A DNA stretch of 64,000 nucleotides. Origin: Acidobacteriota bacterium. GTDB taxonomy: Bacteria > Acidobacteriota > UBA890 > WLXD01. The stretch lies in the NCBI GenBank assembly GCA_965205505.1, contig CBDBHB010000005.1, positions 14,118-78,117 of the forward strand, written 5' to 3'. Under the pieces are notes generated by a model that had not been told where the DNA came from, searched no databases, and worked only from the letters and a program-made list of their open reading frames with translations. The position numbers and the translations under genes are program-made. Below, piece by piece: positions 11,302 through 20,602 of this stretch (positions are counted from its first letter, which is position 1; the number at the start of each line of letters is the position of its first letter).

Positions 11302-12477
11302 ATGTTCAGCCCTGACCAGCCCTTCTTCGCGCCCATCCTGCTGCCCTCGGACCGTGAAGCGCTCGCGGACTCGCCACCTCAGCATGCCGCAGTGCTGTCG
11401 ATCAGCTACGCCATGAACCCACGCAACGCCGCCTTGTTCGAATTGGCAAGGGGCCGGGCTGAGCAGCTCCTGGTAGACCCGCGGACGGCCTCGTTCCAGT
11501 TCGAGGGCTACCTGAGCATGGAAGACTATCGCAAGGTCCCGTACAGCCCGGGCAAGCTCACCCTCGGCTCTTTGTGGGAGCCGCGTGACTTCGCAACGCG
11601 CGAGCAACGAGCTCGCCTGATCGAGCCCGTGTGTACGGCGCAGGCCGCAGTGGGTGCCAGCATCCTGATCGCGCCATACGTGCTCGTGTCGGATGTGACG
11701 CACCCCTGGCTACCGATCGCCGTCGACCTGGCTGGCGAGGCCCTGGCGTGCAACCGCCGCCACCCGATGGCGGTAGCGGTCTGCGTGGATATCGACGCGG
11801 TGCTCACGGCGGCGCAGCGAGCCGTCCTGTGCGACGGCTTTGGTCAGCTCGAACCCGAATTGCTCCTGCTGACAGTAGTCAACTTCGACGAGGTCGAGGC
11901 GAGCCCCGAGGAGGCTCTGGCGGTCATCGACCTCATCAAGCGCCTTGGCTCCGGCGGCGTCCCGGTGGTGCTGATGTACGCTGGCCGGGCTGGTCTCTCG
12001 ACGATCGCCGCCGGTGCGGCCGGGTATGCGGGCGGTGGATTGGAGCTGGAATCACACCCGAAGCGCTACTTCCGCGAGGGACTCGTGAACCTGCACGCCA
12101 ACAGCTACTACCTGCCGGGTTGCATGCTGCGGCTACCGGTGCGACTCGCAGACGCCATCGCGCGACGCGTACCGGAGGCGCTCGGGACCGACGAGGGTCT
12201 CCCCGCGGCCAAGGTGTATCGCCAGCGGTTGACCGCCGCGCTGACGGCGAAGCACGCCGAGGTGCGGGCGCTTGCTGAGCTCGAGGATACGGCGCGAATC
12301 AGCTGGCTGCGGGCCCGGTTGGACACCGCGCTCGAAGTTTGCGAACGTGCCCGTACAGCGCTCGACGATGGCTCTGGCAAGTTACAGCTGTCGGGTGGAG
12401 CTTTTCACTATCTCGAGGTGCTCCGAGAGGTCGCCGGCGGCCCGGCGGCTCAACGCCCCGAGCATCCCGACTTTTGA
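11302..12477 (+). CDS. Hypothetical protein, possibly TIM-barrel/beta-family-like
   Basis: 391-aa ORF filling the space; LLVDPRT ... Q..VGASILIAPY pattern. Confidence 0.55.
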   Translation: MFSPDQPFFAPILLPSDREALADSPPQHAAVLSISYAMNPRNAALFELARGRAEQLLVDPRTASFQFEGYLSMEDYRKVPYSPGKLTLGSLWEPRDFATREQRARLIEPVCTAQAAVGASILIAPYVLVSDVTHPWLPIAVDLAGEALACNRRHPMAVAVCVDIDAVLTAAQRAVLCDGFGQLEPELLLLTVVNFDEVEASPEEALAVIDLIKRLGSGGVPVVLMYAGRAGLSTIAAGAAGYAGGGLELESHPKRYFREGLVNLHANSYYLPGCMLRLPVRLADAIARRVPEALGTDEGLPAAKVYRQRLTAALTAKHAEVRALAELEDTARISWLRARLDTALEVCERARTALDDGSGKLQLSGGAFHYLEVLREVAGGPAAQRPEHPDF

Positions 12478-12478
12478 C

Positions 12479-12760
12479 TCAGACTGCTTCGAGGTCGGCG
12501 AGCGGACCGACAGAATCGAACCGCAAGTCGCACGCTTGGCGTCTCCCTGTATCGGGGCAGTACACGCCGCAGCTATCAAAGGGACGCGAGTACACGTGCA
12601 GGCTCACGGCAGGTTCCTGCCACTCGGCCAGGTTGCCGATGCGGTGCACGCAAGCACAGCGGTCCAGGTAGAGGTCATCACCGTCGCCCCCGACGATCGC
12701 GTCATGCAACAGCCGAGGTGGCCTGGCGCAGCCATCGCTCGCTGCGCTGAGCGGCCGCCC
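12479..12760 (-). pseudogene. Cysteine dioxygenase-like C-terminal fragment
   Basis: VHRIGN...AVSLHVYSRPFDSC; no room for, and no sign of, the N-terminal HxH cupin motif. Confidence 0.6.
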
Positions 12761-12813
12761 GGCGACCGCCTGTGCGATGATCTGCCGGGTCGTGCAAGCG
12801 CAAGAAGGAGGTT

Positions 12814-13340
12814 GTGGTGGCGTTTATCAGTGTCATCGGTGAGGAGGAAGCCACCGGTCTGTTGCGGCGCGAGTACGACGCCGCACTAGAGCGTGCGGGG
12901 AAGGTCTTCAACGTTGTCAAGATCCAGAGCGTGCGACCGCGCGTGCTCCGTTCCGGTATCGCCCTGTACTCGCAGATCATGCACGGTGAATCTGAGCTGA
13001 CGCGCGCCGAGCGTGAGATGATCGCTGTGGTTGTCTCACAGGTGAACGACTGCCACTACTGAGTGCGCTCTCACGCTGACGACCTCCGTGCCGAGGTCGA
13101 CGATCCAGGGCTCGTCGAGGCAATCGAGCGCGATTGGCAGAGCGCGCCGCCACCCTGTGCGCACATGCCGTCAAGCTCACCCAAGACCCGGCGAGCATCG
13201 GCGAGCCGGACATGGGCCGCCTGCGGGAGGCCGGCTGTACCGACGGCGCGATCCACGACCTGACCCAGGTAGCGGGGTTCTTTGCCTACTACAACCGTCT
13301 CGCCGACGGCTTGGGTATCGATCCCGAGCCCGACTGGTGA
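12814..13340 (+). CDS. AhpD-like peroxidase-related selenoprotein (CHYU), with a frameshift near 13145
   Basis: EREMIAVVVSQVNDCHY-TGA-VRSH read-through; C-terminal FAYYNRLADGLG in a shifted frame; AAGGAGG RBS. Confidence 0.8.
13080..13099 (+). promoter_or_regulatory. Candidate bacterial SECIS hairpin
   Basis: CGACCTC-CGTGCC-GAGGTCG; loop begins 24 nt after the in-frame UGA (13060-13062), G at loop position 2. Confidence 0.7.
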
Positions 13341-13356
13341 TCAACTCCGTCGACGT

Positions 13357-15444
13357 CTACCGGACGTTGACCGACACCTCGAATAGGATGCGGCGACCGA
13401 TGATGTCGCCATAGACGTGCTGCAGCATTTCGACGCCGGTAAGATTCGTGGCCCTGACCGACGCATCGGCAGTGCCGTCGAGGAACATGTACCCGAGCGA
13501 TGCATCGAGCGTCGTGTAGGCATCGGTAAAGCCGAAGAACCGCGAGTCCAGCACGTCGGTCCAGTAGGCCTCGCCGACGTGATTGACGGAGGCACCGTAG
13601 TACGTGTTGCCGGCCCAACCGCTCCACGCGACGTTGAAGCGATGCTCGGGCGGGATCCCGATATCCTCCGCCGGGACGCCTGTAACCTCAGGCTCAGCCT
13701 GATACGAGTAGTTGACGATCAAGGTGTTTCGCGACACCGGCAGAATCCTGAGACCCACCTCGAAGCCCTTGTTCACGGTCTCGGCGATGTTGCGGTACGT
13801 GAACCGTGCCGGCAGCGCTACGGGCCCGAAAGGCGGCAACAGGAACGTTGGCAGCGACCAGCCCGGGGGCGGGTTGAACGCCGTATATACCTCGCTGGTG
13901 TAGAAGTCGATGTTGTTGATGGTCTGGGTGCGGTAGGCGGCGATGTTCCAGGAGAACTTGCCGTCCGCTATCGAGCCACGGTAGCCGATCTCGAACTGAT
14001 CCAGGCGCTCCTCCACCAGGTCGGGGTTGCCGACAACAATCGACGGGAAGACGATCTGCCCGATCGGCGGGCCCACGTCGACGGCGTTGAAGATCTCGAC
14101 CTCGAGGTAGTTGTTGACGAGCGAGGGAGCACGGAACCCACGCCCGAACCCGACGCGGATCACGTGGTTCGATGATCGGGTGGGGTGCAACAACACTGCT
14201 CCACGCGGCGACGTCACCGCGCCGTCGATCACGTCGAAGTAGTCGACGCGGACCCCAGCGTGGATCGTCACGTACTCGTTGACGTCGACGTTGAAGTTGG
14301 TAAATCCGCCCCCCTCTGTGCGACTGTCCTCGTTGGGTGCAATCGACAGATCGAAGCTCTGCTTGCGGAAGTTGCCGCCGTAGGTGACGGAGTGCTCCCC
14401 CAGACTGGACGTGTTGGTGGCAGAGAAGTCGTAGGTCTGGCTCTTGAAGGTAAACGGCAGACCATTCAGCAGGTTGATCGCATCGCCGTTGATGATGTTG
14501 GCGTAGACACGGAAATTCCAAGCGCGCCAGTTGTAATCGGCTCGCCCATACGAGAACGTTGTGCCGTCGAAGATCGAGAAGGGGCCGATGCCGGTGTGGA
14601 TCGTGCCGCCAGTGCCGGCAATACCGGCGGAGAACGACAAGTACGACTCGGCTCCGGTGTCGACGTCGACGCGGGCGTCGAACTTCGGCTGCCGGGAGCC
14701 CTGGTTCGGGAAGTTGTCGCGCGCAATGCCGTCGGGCAACGGACCCGGCCGATCCCACGGATCCTGGGTAGCATAGGCTCCAGTAAGCTTGAACGACGTG
14801 TTGCCACGAATACCCGAGTAGGTGATCGAGGCGAAGCTGGTGGCGCGCTCGCCGCCGCCCATGCGCACCCGGAAGGCATTACCGTACTGCCTTGGCGTTT
14901 TGGTGATGATGTTCACCACGCCGCTCATCGCGTTGGCACCCCACACCGCCGAGCCGGGCCCACGGACCACTTCGATCTGCTCGATCTCGGAGAAATCGAG
15001 CGGCAGCATATCCCAGGCCACGAAGCCTAAAAAATCCAGATACACGGTTCGGCCGTCGATCAGCACTAGCTGTGACGCATCGAGCGTATTGGTGGACGAG
15101 CGCGACGACATGCTGACGTCGCGCGCGCTGGTTTGGATCACGTTGAGGCCGGGCACGCCGCGCACCAGATCGGCGTAATTCTGCGCCGGGCTCAGCGCGA
15201 TGGCGTCGGCGCCGATGACGGTTATGGCCGTGGGCGCTTCGAGCAGTAGCTCCTCGGTGCCTGACGCCGTGACGACAACGACCTCGTCGATGCGCGGCGG
15301 TTGTCGCTCCTGCTCCTGCTGCTCCTGCTGCTCGGCCGGATCCTGCTTCGGCGCCGCAAGCGCCGTCTCCGTGGCCACCGGCATCAGCACTAACGCAAGC
15401 AACAACAACGTTACCAGCGGACGCAGCGTCGGCAAGGTCGTCAA
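13357..15444 (-). CDS. TonB-dependent receptor
   Basis: EVVVVTAS TonB box, LVLIDGR, IEVVRGPGSAVWGANAMSGVVNIITK; TTG start after GAGGAGG. Confidence 0.92.
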   Translation of the reverse strand: MTTLPTLRPLVTLLLLALVLMPVATETALAAPKQDPAEQQEQQEQERQPPRIDEVVVVTASGTEELLLEAPTAITVIGADAIALSPAQNYADLVRGVPGLNVIQTSARDVSMSSRSSTNTLDASQLVLIDGRTVYLDFLGFVAWDMLPLDFSEIEQIEVVRGPGSAVWGANAMSGVVNIITKTPRQYGNAFRVRMGGGERATSFASITYSGIRGNTSFKLTGAYATQDPWDRPGPLPDGIARDNFPNQGSRQPKFDARVDVDTGAESYLSFSAGIAGTGGTIHTGIGPFSIFDGTTFSYGRADYNWRAWNFRVYANIINGDAINLLNGLPFTFKSQTYDFSATNTSSLGEHSVTYGGNFRKQSFDLSIAPNEDSRTEGGGFTNFNVDVNEYVTIHAGVRVDYFDVIDGAVTSPRGAVLLHPTRSSNHVIRVGFGRGFRAPSLVNNYLEVEIFNAVDVGPPIGQIVFPSIVVGNPDLVEERLDQFEIGYRGSIADGKFSWNIAAYRTQTINNIDFYTSEVYTAFNPPPGWSLPTFLLPPFGPVALPARFTYRNIAETVNKGFEVGLRILPVSRNTLIVNYSYQAEPEVTGVPAEDIGIPPEHRFNVAWSGWAGNTYYGASVNHVGEAYWTDVLDSRFFGFTDAYTTLDASLGYMFLDGTADASVRATNLTGVEMLQHVYGDIIGRRILFEVSVNVR

Positions 15445-15541
15445 TTGAAGCCTCCTCACAGGAGCGGGGATACAGCGCGCAAAACCACGGACCACACGAC
15501 CACGTTCAACGTTACCCAGCGACCGGTTGACAAGGAAGTTG

Positions 15542-16072
15542 TCAGCTGGACTCGAGCACATCGATCACCGCTCGCAGCAAGCTGCCAAAGGTGTCGATAT
15601 CCTCCTGCGAGACTTCCTCGGCACGGGTAAAGACTCCGCCGACATCCTTGTAGACCATGTCGTTCACCTCGGTGCCGGAATCGGTGACAAAGGCATTGCC
15701 CAGGCCGTTCCAACCGTAGTCGGTCACGCGTAACGTCATGATCGCGTTGGTGTTGAATGCTCGCTCTGCTGCGGCCATGTCCCCGGAGTTGAGCTGCTCG
15801 TAGAACTCATCGATCGCGTTGCCGCGAATCGAGCCGCGTGACAAGAACAGATACAGCGACACGGAAGTATCGACGACAATGATCGTGCTTCGCGATCCTG
15901 GGGCTGGCATGACGAAGACTGTTCCGCCCGTGGCTCCGACCAATTCTCGAACGCGTTCGACCAGCACCTGCTGATCTTCCTGGGCATCCGCGGTTGCGCC
16001 GGGGCCAAGCCCCACGGCGGCCAACCCGGCGACGGCGACAACGGTGCGCCACAAGCGTGATTCAAACCTCAA
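15542..16072 (-). CDS. Hypothetical secreted protein
   Basis: Signal-peptide-like N-terminus (ADA-QE); TTG start after GGGAGAG. Confidence 0.65.
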   Translation of the reverse strand: MRFESRLWRTVVAVAGLAAVGLGPGATADAQEDQQVLVERVRELVGATGGTVFVMPAPGSRSTIIVVDTSVSLYLFLSRGSIRGNAIDEFYEQLNSGDMAAAERAFNTNAIMTLRVTDYGWNGLGNAFVTDSGTEVNDMVYKDVGGVFTRAEEVSQEDIDTFGSLLRAVIDVLESS

Positions 16073-16100
16073 GGTACCTGCTCTCCCGGGGGGTCCCCCA

Positions 16101-16146
16101 TAGCAGGCCGTGATGGAAATGTGGCGGACCTGGTTACGGCCTGCTA
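16101..16146. repeat. 46-bp mini inverted-repeat element of the MITE-end family
   Basis: TAGCAGGCCGTGA ... TTACGGCCTGCTA. Confidence 0.7.
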
Positions 16147-16405
16147 GGTCGATACACGGTAGCAAAGCCGAGTAGGCTGCTCAATAGAGTCGCCGTTAGT
16201 ACCGTCCATGGTCGCCGGTGCGGGATCGGTCCGAGCGATTCCGACTAGTGGTCTGTAACAGATGATCGTTGCATATTGCTGGGCCGAGATTGCCCCCGTA
16301 TCGGCCCAGCCTTCCGGGTGGCGGCGGGGCCGGCCGCCTCCGGCGCCACTATTTGTGGGGCGCAGCACTAGAATAAGCATACCTGCCGCTAACGACAGAG
16401 CCGAC

Positions 16406-17794
16406 ATGACCGAACCAAACGACATCCCTGAGTTCGTCGCAGCGCGGCGCGAGGAGTGGCTCGCGGAGCTCAGCGAATTTCTGCGTATCCCGAGCGTGTC
16501 CACGGACCGCGAGCACGATGGCGACGTTCGTGCCGCCGCCGACTGGCTCGCGGTGCGCCTTACCAATGCCGGAGCAACTGAGGTAGAAGTCTGGGACACC
16601 GCCGGCCACCCGGTAGTGTACGGAGCTTGGCGCGGCGCCGTAGGAGCTCCCACTGTACTGGTATACGGCCACTACGACGTACAGCCGGCCGACCCCGCCG
16701 AGGAGTGGACTAGCCCACCGTTCGAGCCCATCGTACGCGGCAACAAGATCGTCGGCCGCGGCACCGCCGACGACAAGGGCCAGCTCTATGTCCACATCAA
16801 GTCGCTGCAGGCCTGGCTCGAGACCCGCGGAACCTGCCCGGTGAACATCGTCTATTTGATCGAGGGTGAAGAGGAGGTCGGATCACCGAACGTCGACACG
16901 GTGGTGCGAGAACGCCTCGAGCAGCTCCGCTGCGACGCCGTCATGGTCTCGGATACGACGATGTTCGCCCCCGGCCTCCCCACCCTCTGCAATGGACTGC
17001 GCGGGGTCGCCTATCTACAAATCGACCTCCGCGGCCCGAATCGTGATCTGCACTCGGGCATGTTCGGCGGAGCGGTCATCAATCCCGCCGAGACTCTGGC
17101 GCAGATGCTAGCCGCCTGCCGCGACGAGCGCGGTCGCGTGACCATACCCGGCTTCTATGACGATGTCGCCGAGGTGCCGGCCGACGAGCGCAAAGATTGG
17201 GCAAAACTACCCTTCGACAACGACGCCTACGTCTCCGAGTTGGAAGTCGACGCGTTGCTCGACACCGGTGGGTTCAGCATCCTGGAGTCGTTGTGGGCGC
17301 GGCCGACCTTCGACGTCAATGGCCTGCTATCGGGGTTCACCGGTGAAGGCAGCAAGACGGTACTCCCAGCGACCGCCATGGCCAAGGTGTCGATGCGGCT
17401 GGTCGCCGACCAGGATCCCGACAAGATCGCCGATGCGTTCGAGGCGTACATGCGCGAGATCGTCCCTCCGGGCGTGACGATACGGATCACGCGCATGCAC
17501 GGTGGTAAGCCCTGGTCGGCGCCGCGCGAGCATCCGATCCTGCAAGCCGCAGCACGGGCGCTTCAGCGCGGGTTCGGAGCCGAGACCGTGTTCGTGCGGG
17601 AGGGCGGGTCGATTCCCCTGATCTCGACACTCGAGGAGCTCTTTCAGGTGCCCACCGTCATGATGGGACTCGGGCTGCCGGACGAGAACGCACATGGTCC
17701 CGATGAGAACCTCGATTTGGACAATTTCTTCTCCGGGATCATCAGCTCGGCGTTTTTTTTCGAGGAGCTCGCCAGGTGTGAGCTTGACGGGTAG
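16406..17794 (+). CDS. M20 family dipeptidase
   Basis: YGHYDVQP, GRGTADDKG, EGEEEVGS, DLHSG, GGSIP, HGPDE. Confidence 0.92.
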   Translation: MTEPNDIPEFVAARREEWLAELSEFLRIPSVSTDREHDGDVRAAADWLAVRLTNAGATEVEVWDTAGHPVVYGAWRGAVGAPTVLVYGHYDVQPADPAEEWTSPPFEPIVRGNKIVGRGTADDKGQLYVHIKSLQAWLETRGTCPVNIVYLIEGEEEVGSPNVDTVVRERLEQLRCDAVMVSDTTMFAPGLPTLCNGLRGVAYLQIDLRGPNRDLHSGMFGGAVINPAETLAQMLAACRDERGRVTIPGFYDDVAEVPADERKDWAKLPFDNDAYVSELEVDALLDTGGFSILESLWARPTFDVNGLLSGFTGEGSKTVLPATAMAKVSMRLVADQDPDKIADAFEAYMREIVPPGVTIRITRMHGGKPWSAPREHPILQAAARALQRGFGAETVFVREGGSIPLISTLEELFQVPTVMMGLGLPDENAHGPDENLDLDNFFSGIISSAFFFEELARCELDG

Positions 17795-17803
17795 GCGGCT
17801 CAG

Positions 17804-18163
17804 ATGAAACGCAAGGACTTCCTGCAGCGCATGCGCAACCGTCGTCGACGTGACGAGCTCGAGCTGCGAGAGCCCGTGCGGCGACGGGCGATCGACTGGC
17901 GGACGCTCCGCGTCGAGCTGCCGGACGACGACGATTCCGGCGATCAACAAGCCCTGTCAATCGGCACCCTCGAGCTGCTCCCGGCTGGCATCCGGCTACG
18001 TCCGACCGAGGCGTGCTGGGTTCGCGGCTACCGCGTGTGGCGTGACGACGAGGGCCAGGGACGGGCCGAATTCCAGTACCGCCCGGTGGCCGCCGACAGT
18101 GAGCCACCGCCCGGCGCCAAGGCGTTGGGCGCCGACGAGGAGTGGGCGCCCGAGCCGCGCTAG
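17804..18163 (+). CDS. Hypothetical protein
   Basis: ATG 10 nt after the dipeptidase stop; co-oriented. Confidence 0.55.
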   Translation: MKRKDFLQRMRNRRRRDELELREPVRRRAIDWRTLRVELPDDDDSGDQQALSIGTLELLPAGIRLRPTEACWVRGYRVWRDDEGQGRAEFQYRPVAADSEPPPGAKALGADEEWAPEPR

Positions 18164-18209
18164 CCAGTCGCGAGGGCTTCCAGGCGGGCACGTCGGCACG
18201 AGATAGGCT

Positions 18210-18923
18210 CTACGGCTTGCGATACAACCGCATGTGGAAGCGACGTGTCCACCGCTCCTGCGCGGCTGCGTCGACGAAGTCGAAACGGCTCGCCGCCGCC
18301 AGGCCCAGGCCTGTACCAAAGACCGCGTCGAGCTCCCTCCCCCGGAACAACTGGTTGCGAATGCCGGTGTTAGGATCCTCGACTACACCCGTCCGCGGCC
18401 ACGGTGAGGCGTCGAGAAACCGCCGATAGTAGCCATCATCGAGATCAAAGGTCACCACCGCGAACAGCCCGCCTGGCCGGAGCACGCGTGCGACCTCGGC
18501 GCCGTAGCTGCGCTGTGCCTCCGGTTGCACGAGGTTGTCGATGGCGGTGATATCGAGCACCGTACCCACCGACTCGTCGGCCAGCGGCAAGGGCTCTCGC
18601 AGGTCGTGGCGTATCGAGACAATGCGATCGGCTACGGCCTCGGCGCGGGCGCGGGCGCGGAACTGCGACAGCGCCGCCACGGCATGATCGAGACCGATGA
18701 CGCGATATCCGGCCCGTGCTAGCGGGATCGCGTTGCGACCTCTTCCGCAGGCACACTCGAGCACCGGCCCCGAGACCCCCCCGCTGGCCGCGGCGAATCC
18801 GAGCAGGAACTCGACCCCCCGGTCGAGCTCGTCCCGATACGAGGTGGTATAGGCGCGAACTTCGACGTACTCGCGCTCCCAGGCCGAGCGCGCGTCACCC
18901 GGCTCAGGCGTTGAGGAAGACAC
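18210..18923 (-). CDS. Class I SAM-dependent methyltransferase
   Basis: VLECACGRGRN, VIGLD, RVLRPGG; start approximate. Confidence 0.85.
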   Translation of the reverse strand: MSSSTPEPGDARSAWEREYVEVRAYTTSYRDELDRGVEFLLGFAAASGGVSGPVLECACGRGRNAIPLARAGYRVIGLDHAVAALSQFRARARAEAVADRIVSIRHDLREPLPLADESVGTVLDITAIDNLVQPEAQRSYGAEVARVLRPGGLFAVVTFDLDDGYYRRFLDASPWPRTGVVEDPNTGIRNQLFRGRELDAVFGTGLGLAAASRFDFVDAAAQERWTRRFHMRLYRKP

Positions 18924-19923
18924 CGCTGGGATCCTGATCCGGTGCCAGGTTCCCTGCGGGTCGGCTGTAGTGAAACGTCGCCGCAAGAGCATCGCGGTCG
19001 CTCGGAGCGGCACGACCGGCGGGATTCAGGATCGATTCCGTCGAGGGCGAGACGACATAGCCGCCGAGCGAGTGCGCGAACATCCGGTTGAAGAACTCGA
19101 TTGTGGAGCCCACGCCGCAGGCGACGATCACCTTGCTGATATCGGAACCGTTGCTCACCGAGCCAATGTGCTCACTGCTGAAACGCATGTCCGCCCGCTG
19201 GACGATCACGAGCCGGCCGCGCGGTACCCGCGACAGGCTCGTCGGGGCCGAGCCCGAGCGTACTTCGATTTGCGGCAGCCCCAGTCGATTGCCGGTCAGC
19301 GTACCGAACAGCGCCAGGATCGAGCCTCGCATGGCATCGATGCGAGCCTCGGTGACGATCTCCTTGTCGGAGCCGACAAGCCCGCGATAGATCTGCACCA
19401 CCGGGGTCGTGGTCCAGCGGTTGGTCGCCCCGGGCGTGCGCGGCGCGACGCCCTCCTTGTCCGGACCGGCGCCGCGCGCGTACTGGTTGATGAAGTTCAT
19501 TGGTAACCCGGCACCTTCCTCCAGCAAGGTCGGGTTAACGGCGACGTTCCCCCGCACGCGCAGACGCCCTACGCGCTTGTGGTGCCCCGTGCCCTTGAGC
19601 TCGACATCGTAGTCGCCAGTCTCCTCCACACGGATCTCGAAGTTACCTCGAGCATCGGCCTGGATGGGCTTGAATCCGGCGAGCTTGACAACGCCGTCGA
19701 CAACCACGTCACCGTTCAGTAGGCCGGTCAGCTGCCCGCTAATGGTGCCACCCTGCTGCAGTATCTGTGGGCTGGTGCTCAGGTCGACCAGGTCGTCCGC
19801 AGGCCGCTGCTTGCAGCCCACCAGGCCGAGCCCGACGGCCCCGGCCCCCATCATCCCTGCGCGCCGCATCAAGTCACGGCGGGTCATTGCCTCCTGCCTA
19901 CGCCGGAGGTCATCGTTCGTCAT
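18904..19923 (-). CDS. Tat-exported lipoprotein with a beta-sandwich domain and a degenerate zincin-like domain
   Basis: TRRDLM + LGLVGC; DARGNFEI; RMFAHSLG...SILNP. Confidence 0.7.
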   Translation of the reverse strand: MTNDDLRRRQEAMTRRDLMRRAGMMGAGAVGLGLVGCKQRPADDLVDLSTSPQILQQGGTISGQLTGLLNGDVVVDGVVKLAGFKPIQADARGNFEIRVEETGDYDVELKGTGHHKRVGRLRVRGNVAVNPTLLEEGAGLPMNFINQYARGAGPDKEGVAPRTPGATNRWTTTPVVQIYRGLVGSDKEIVTEARIDAMRGSILALFGTLTGNRLGLPQIEVRSGSAPTSLSRVPRGRLVIVQRADMRFSSEHIGSVSNGSDISKVIVACGVGSTIEFFNRMFAHSLGGYVVSPSTESILNPAGRAAPSDRDALAATFHYSRPAGNLAPDQDPSGVFLNA

Positions 19924-20309
19924 TCGATCGGTGGGGGGTTGGACATTGCCTTACGGATCCGATGACCCCTCTTGGGGAGTCTGAGCTCGGAATTACGAAC
20001 ACGGCCGAACCCCTCGTTGTACAGGGGCTTGTAGCGACGAATCTCGTCCTCGGCCGCCGCTTCTGCGGCGGCTGCACCGTCGGCCAGCGAGTACTCGAGC
20101 CGCGAGATTCCGGCAACGGGGGCAGCCCCGCAAACCTCGCGCACGGCCTCACGCAACCCCTGTTCTCCCGCGTGTCCGACATACATCACTCGCTGTCCGG
20201 AGGAGCGCAGACGGAAGACTGCCGCCGTCTCCGGGAGACCATCGATAACGCCCGGAGTGAGCTCGAGTAGGCCAGAGTCGAGGGGAGATTCACTGGAAGG
20301 ATAGCTCAC
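19920..20309 (-). CDS. Small GIY-YIG (UvrC N-terminal)-like protein
   Basis: PETAAVFRL...VMYVGHA...E.EIRRYKPLYN; AGGAG RBS. Confidence 0.7.
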   Translation of the reverse strand: MSYPSSESPLDSGLLELTPGVIDGLPETAAVFRLRSSGQRVMYVGHAGEQGLREAVREVCGAAPVAGISRLEYSLADGAAAAEAAAEDEIRRYKPLYNEGFGRVRNSELRLPKRGHRIRKAMSNPPPIE

Positions 20310-20330
20310 GGACCAGGACTCCTCACACTC

Positions 20331-20530
20331 GGGGAAACGCGGGGAACGTATGCAGCTTGGTTGGAACCGAGCCGCTGCACAAGTGTTTTACCTCGACGGC
20401 CAGGAGCGGGCAAGAAGCCGGCCCCGCGCGTCGGTGGCTTCGAGCCGATGCACAGGACACAGGCGAATCCAGTTGCCGTGGTTTCCCTACAGATGCGACC
20501 ATTAACGATGGTTCCAGGCTGTGGCCTGGT
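20331..20530 (+). ncRNA. Candidate structured RNA of unknown class
   Basis: Closing stem GGGAAACGCGG/CCGTGGTTTCCC enclosing several hairpins; G-U pairs favour the + strand. Confidence 0.45.
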
Positions 20531-20602
20531 GTGCTCGCCCCAATCAGGATACTCTCGGTGCCGCTCTCGCGCTCCTCCAACCGCCAAGTACGTCGCCTAC
20601 CC

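Noticed and set aside
20368-20454. Group II intron domain V (GAGCCG..TGC)
   Set aside because: The complementary CGGTTC half and domain VI are missing.
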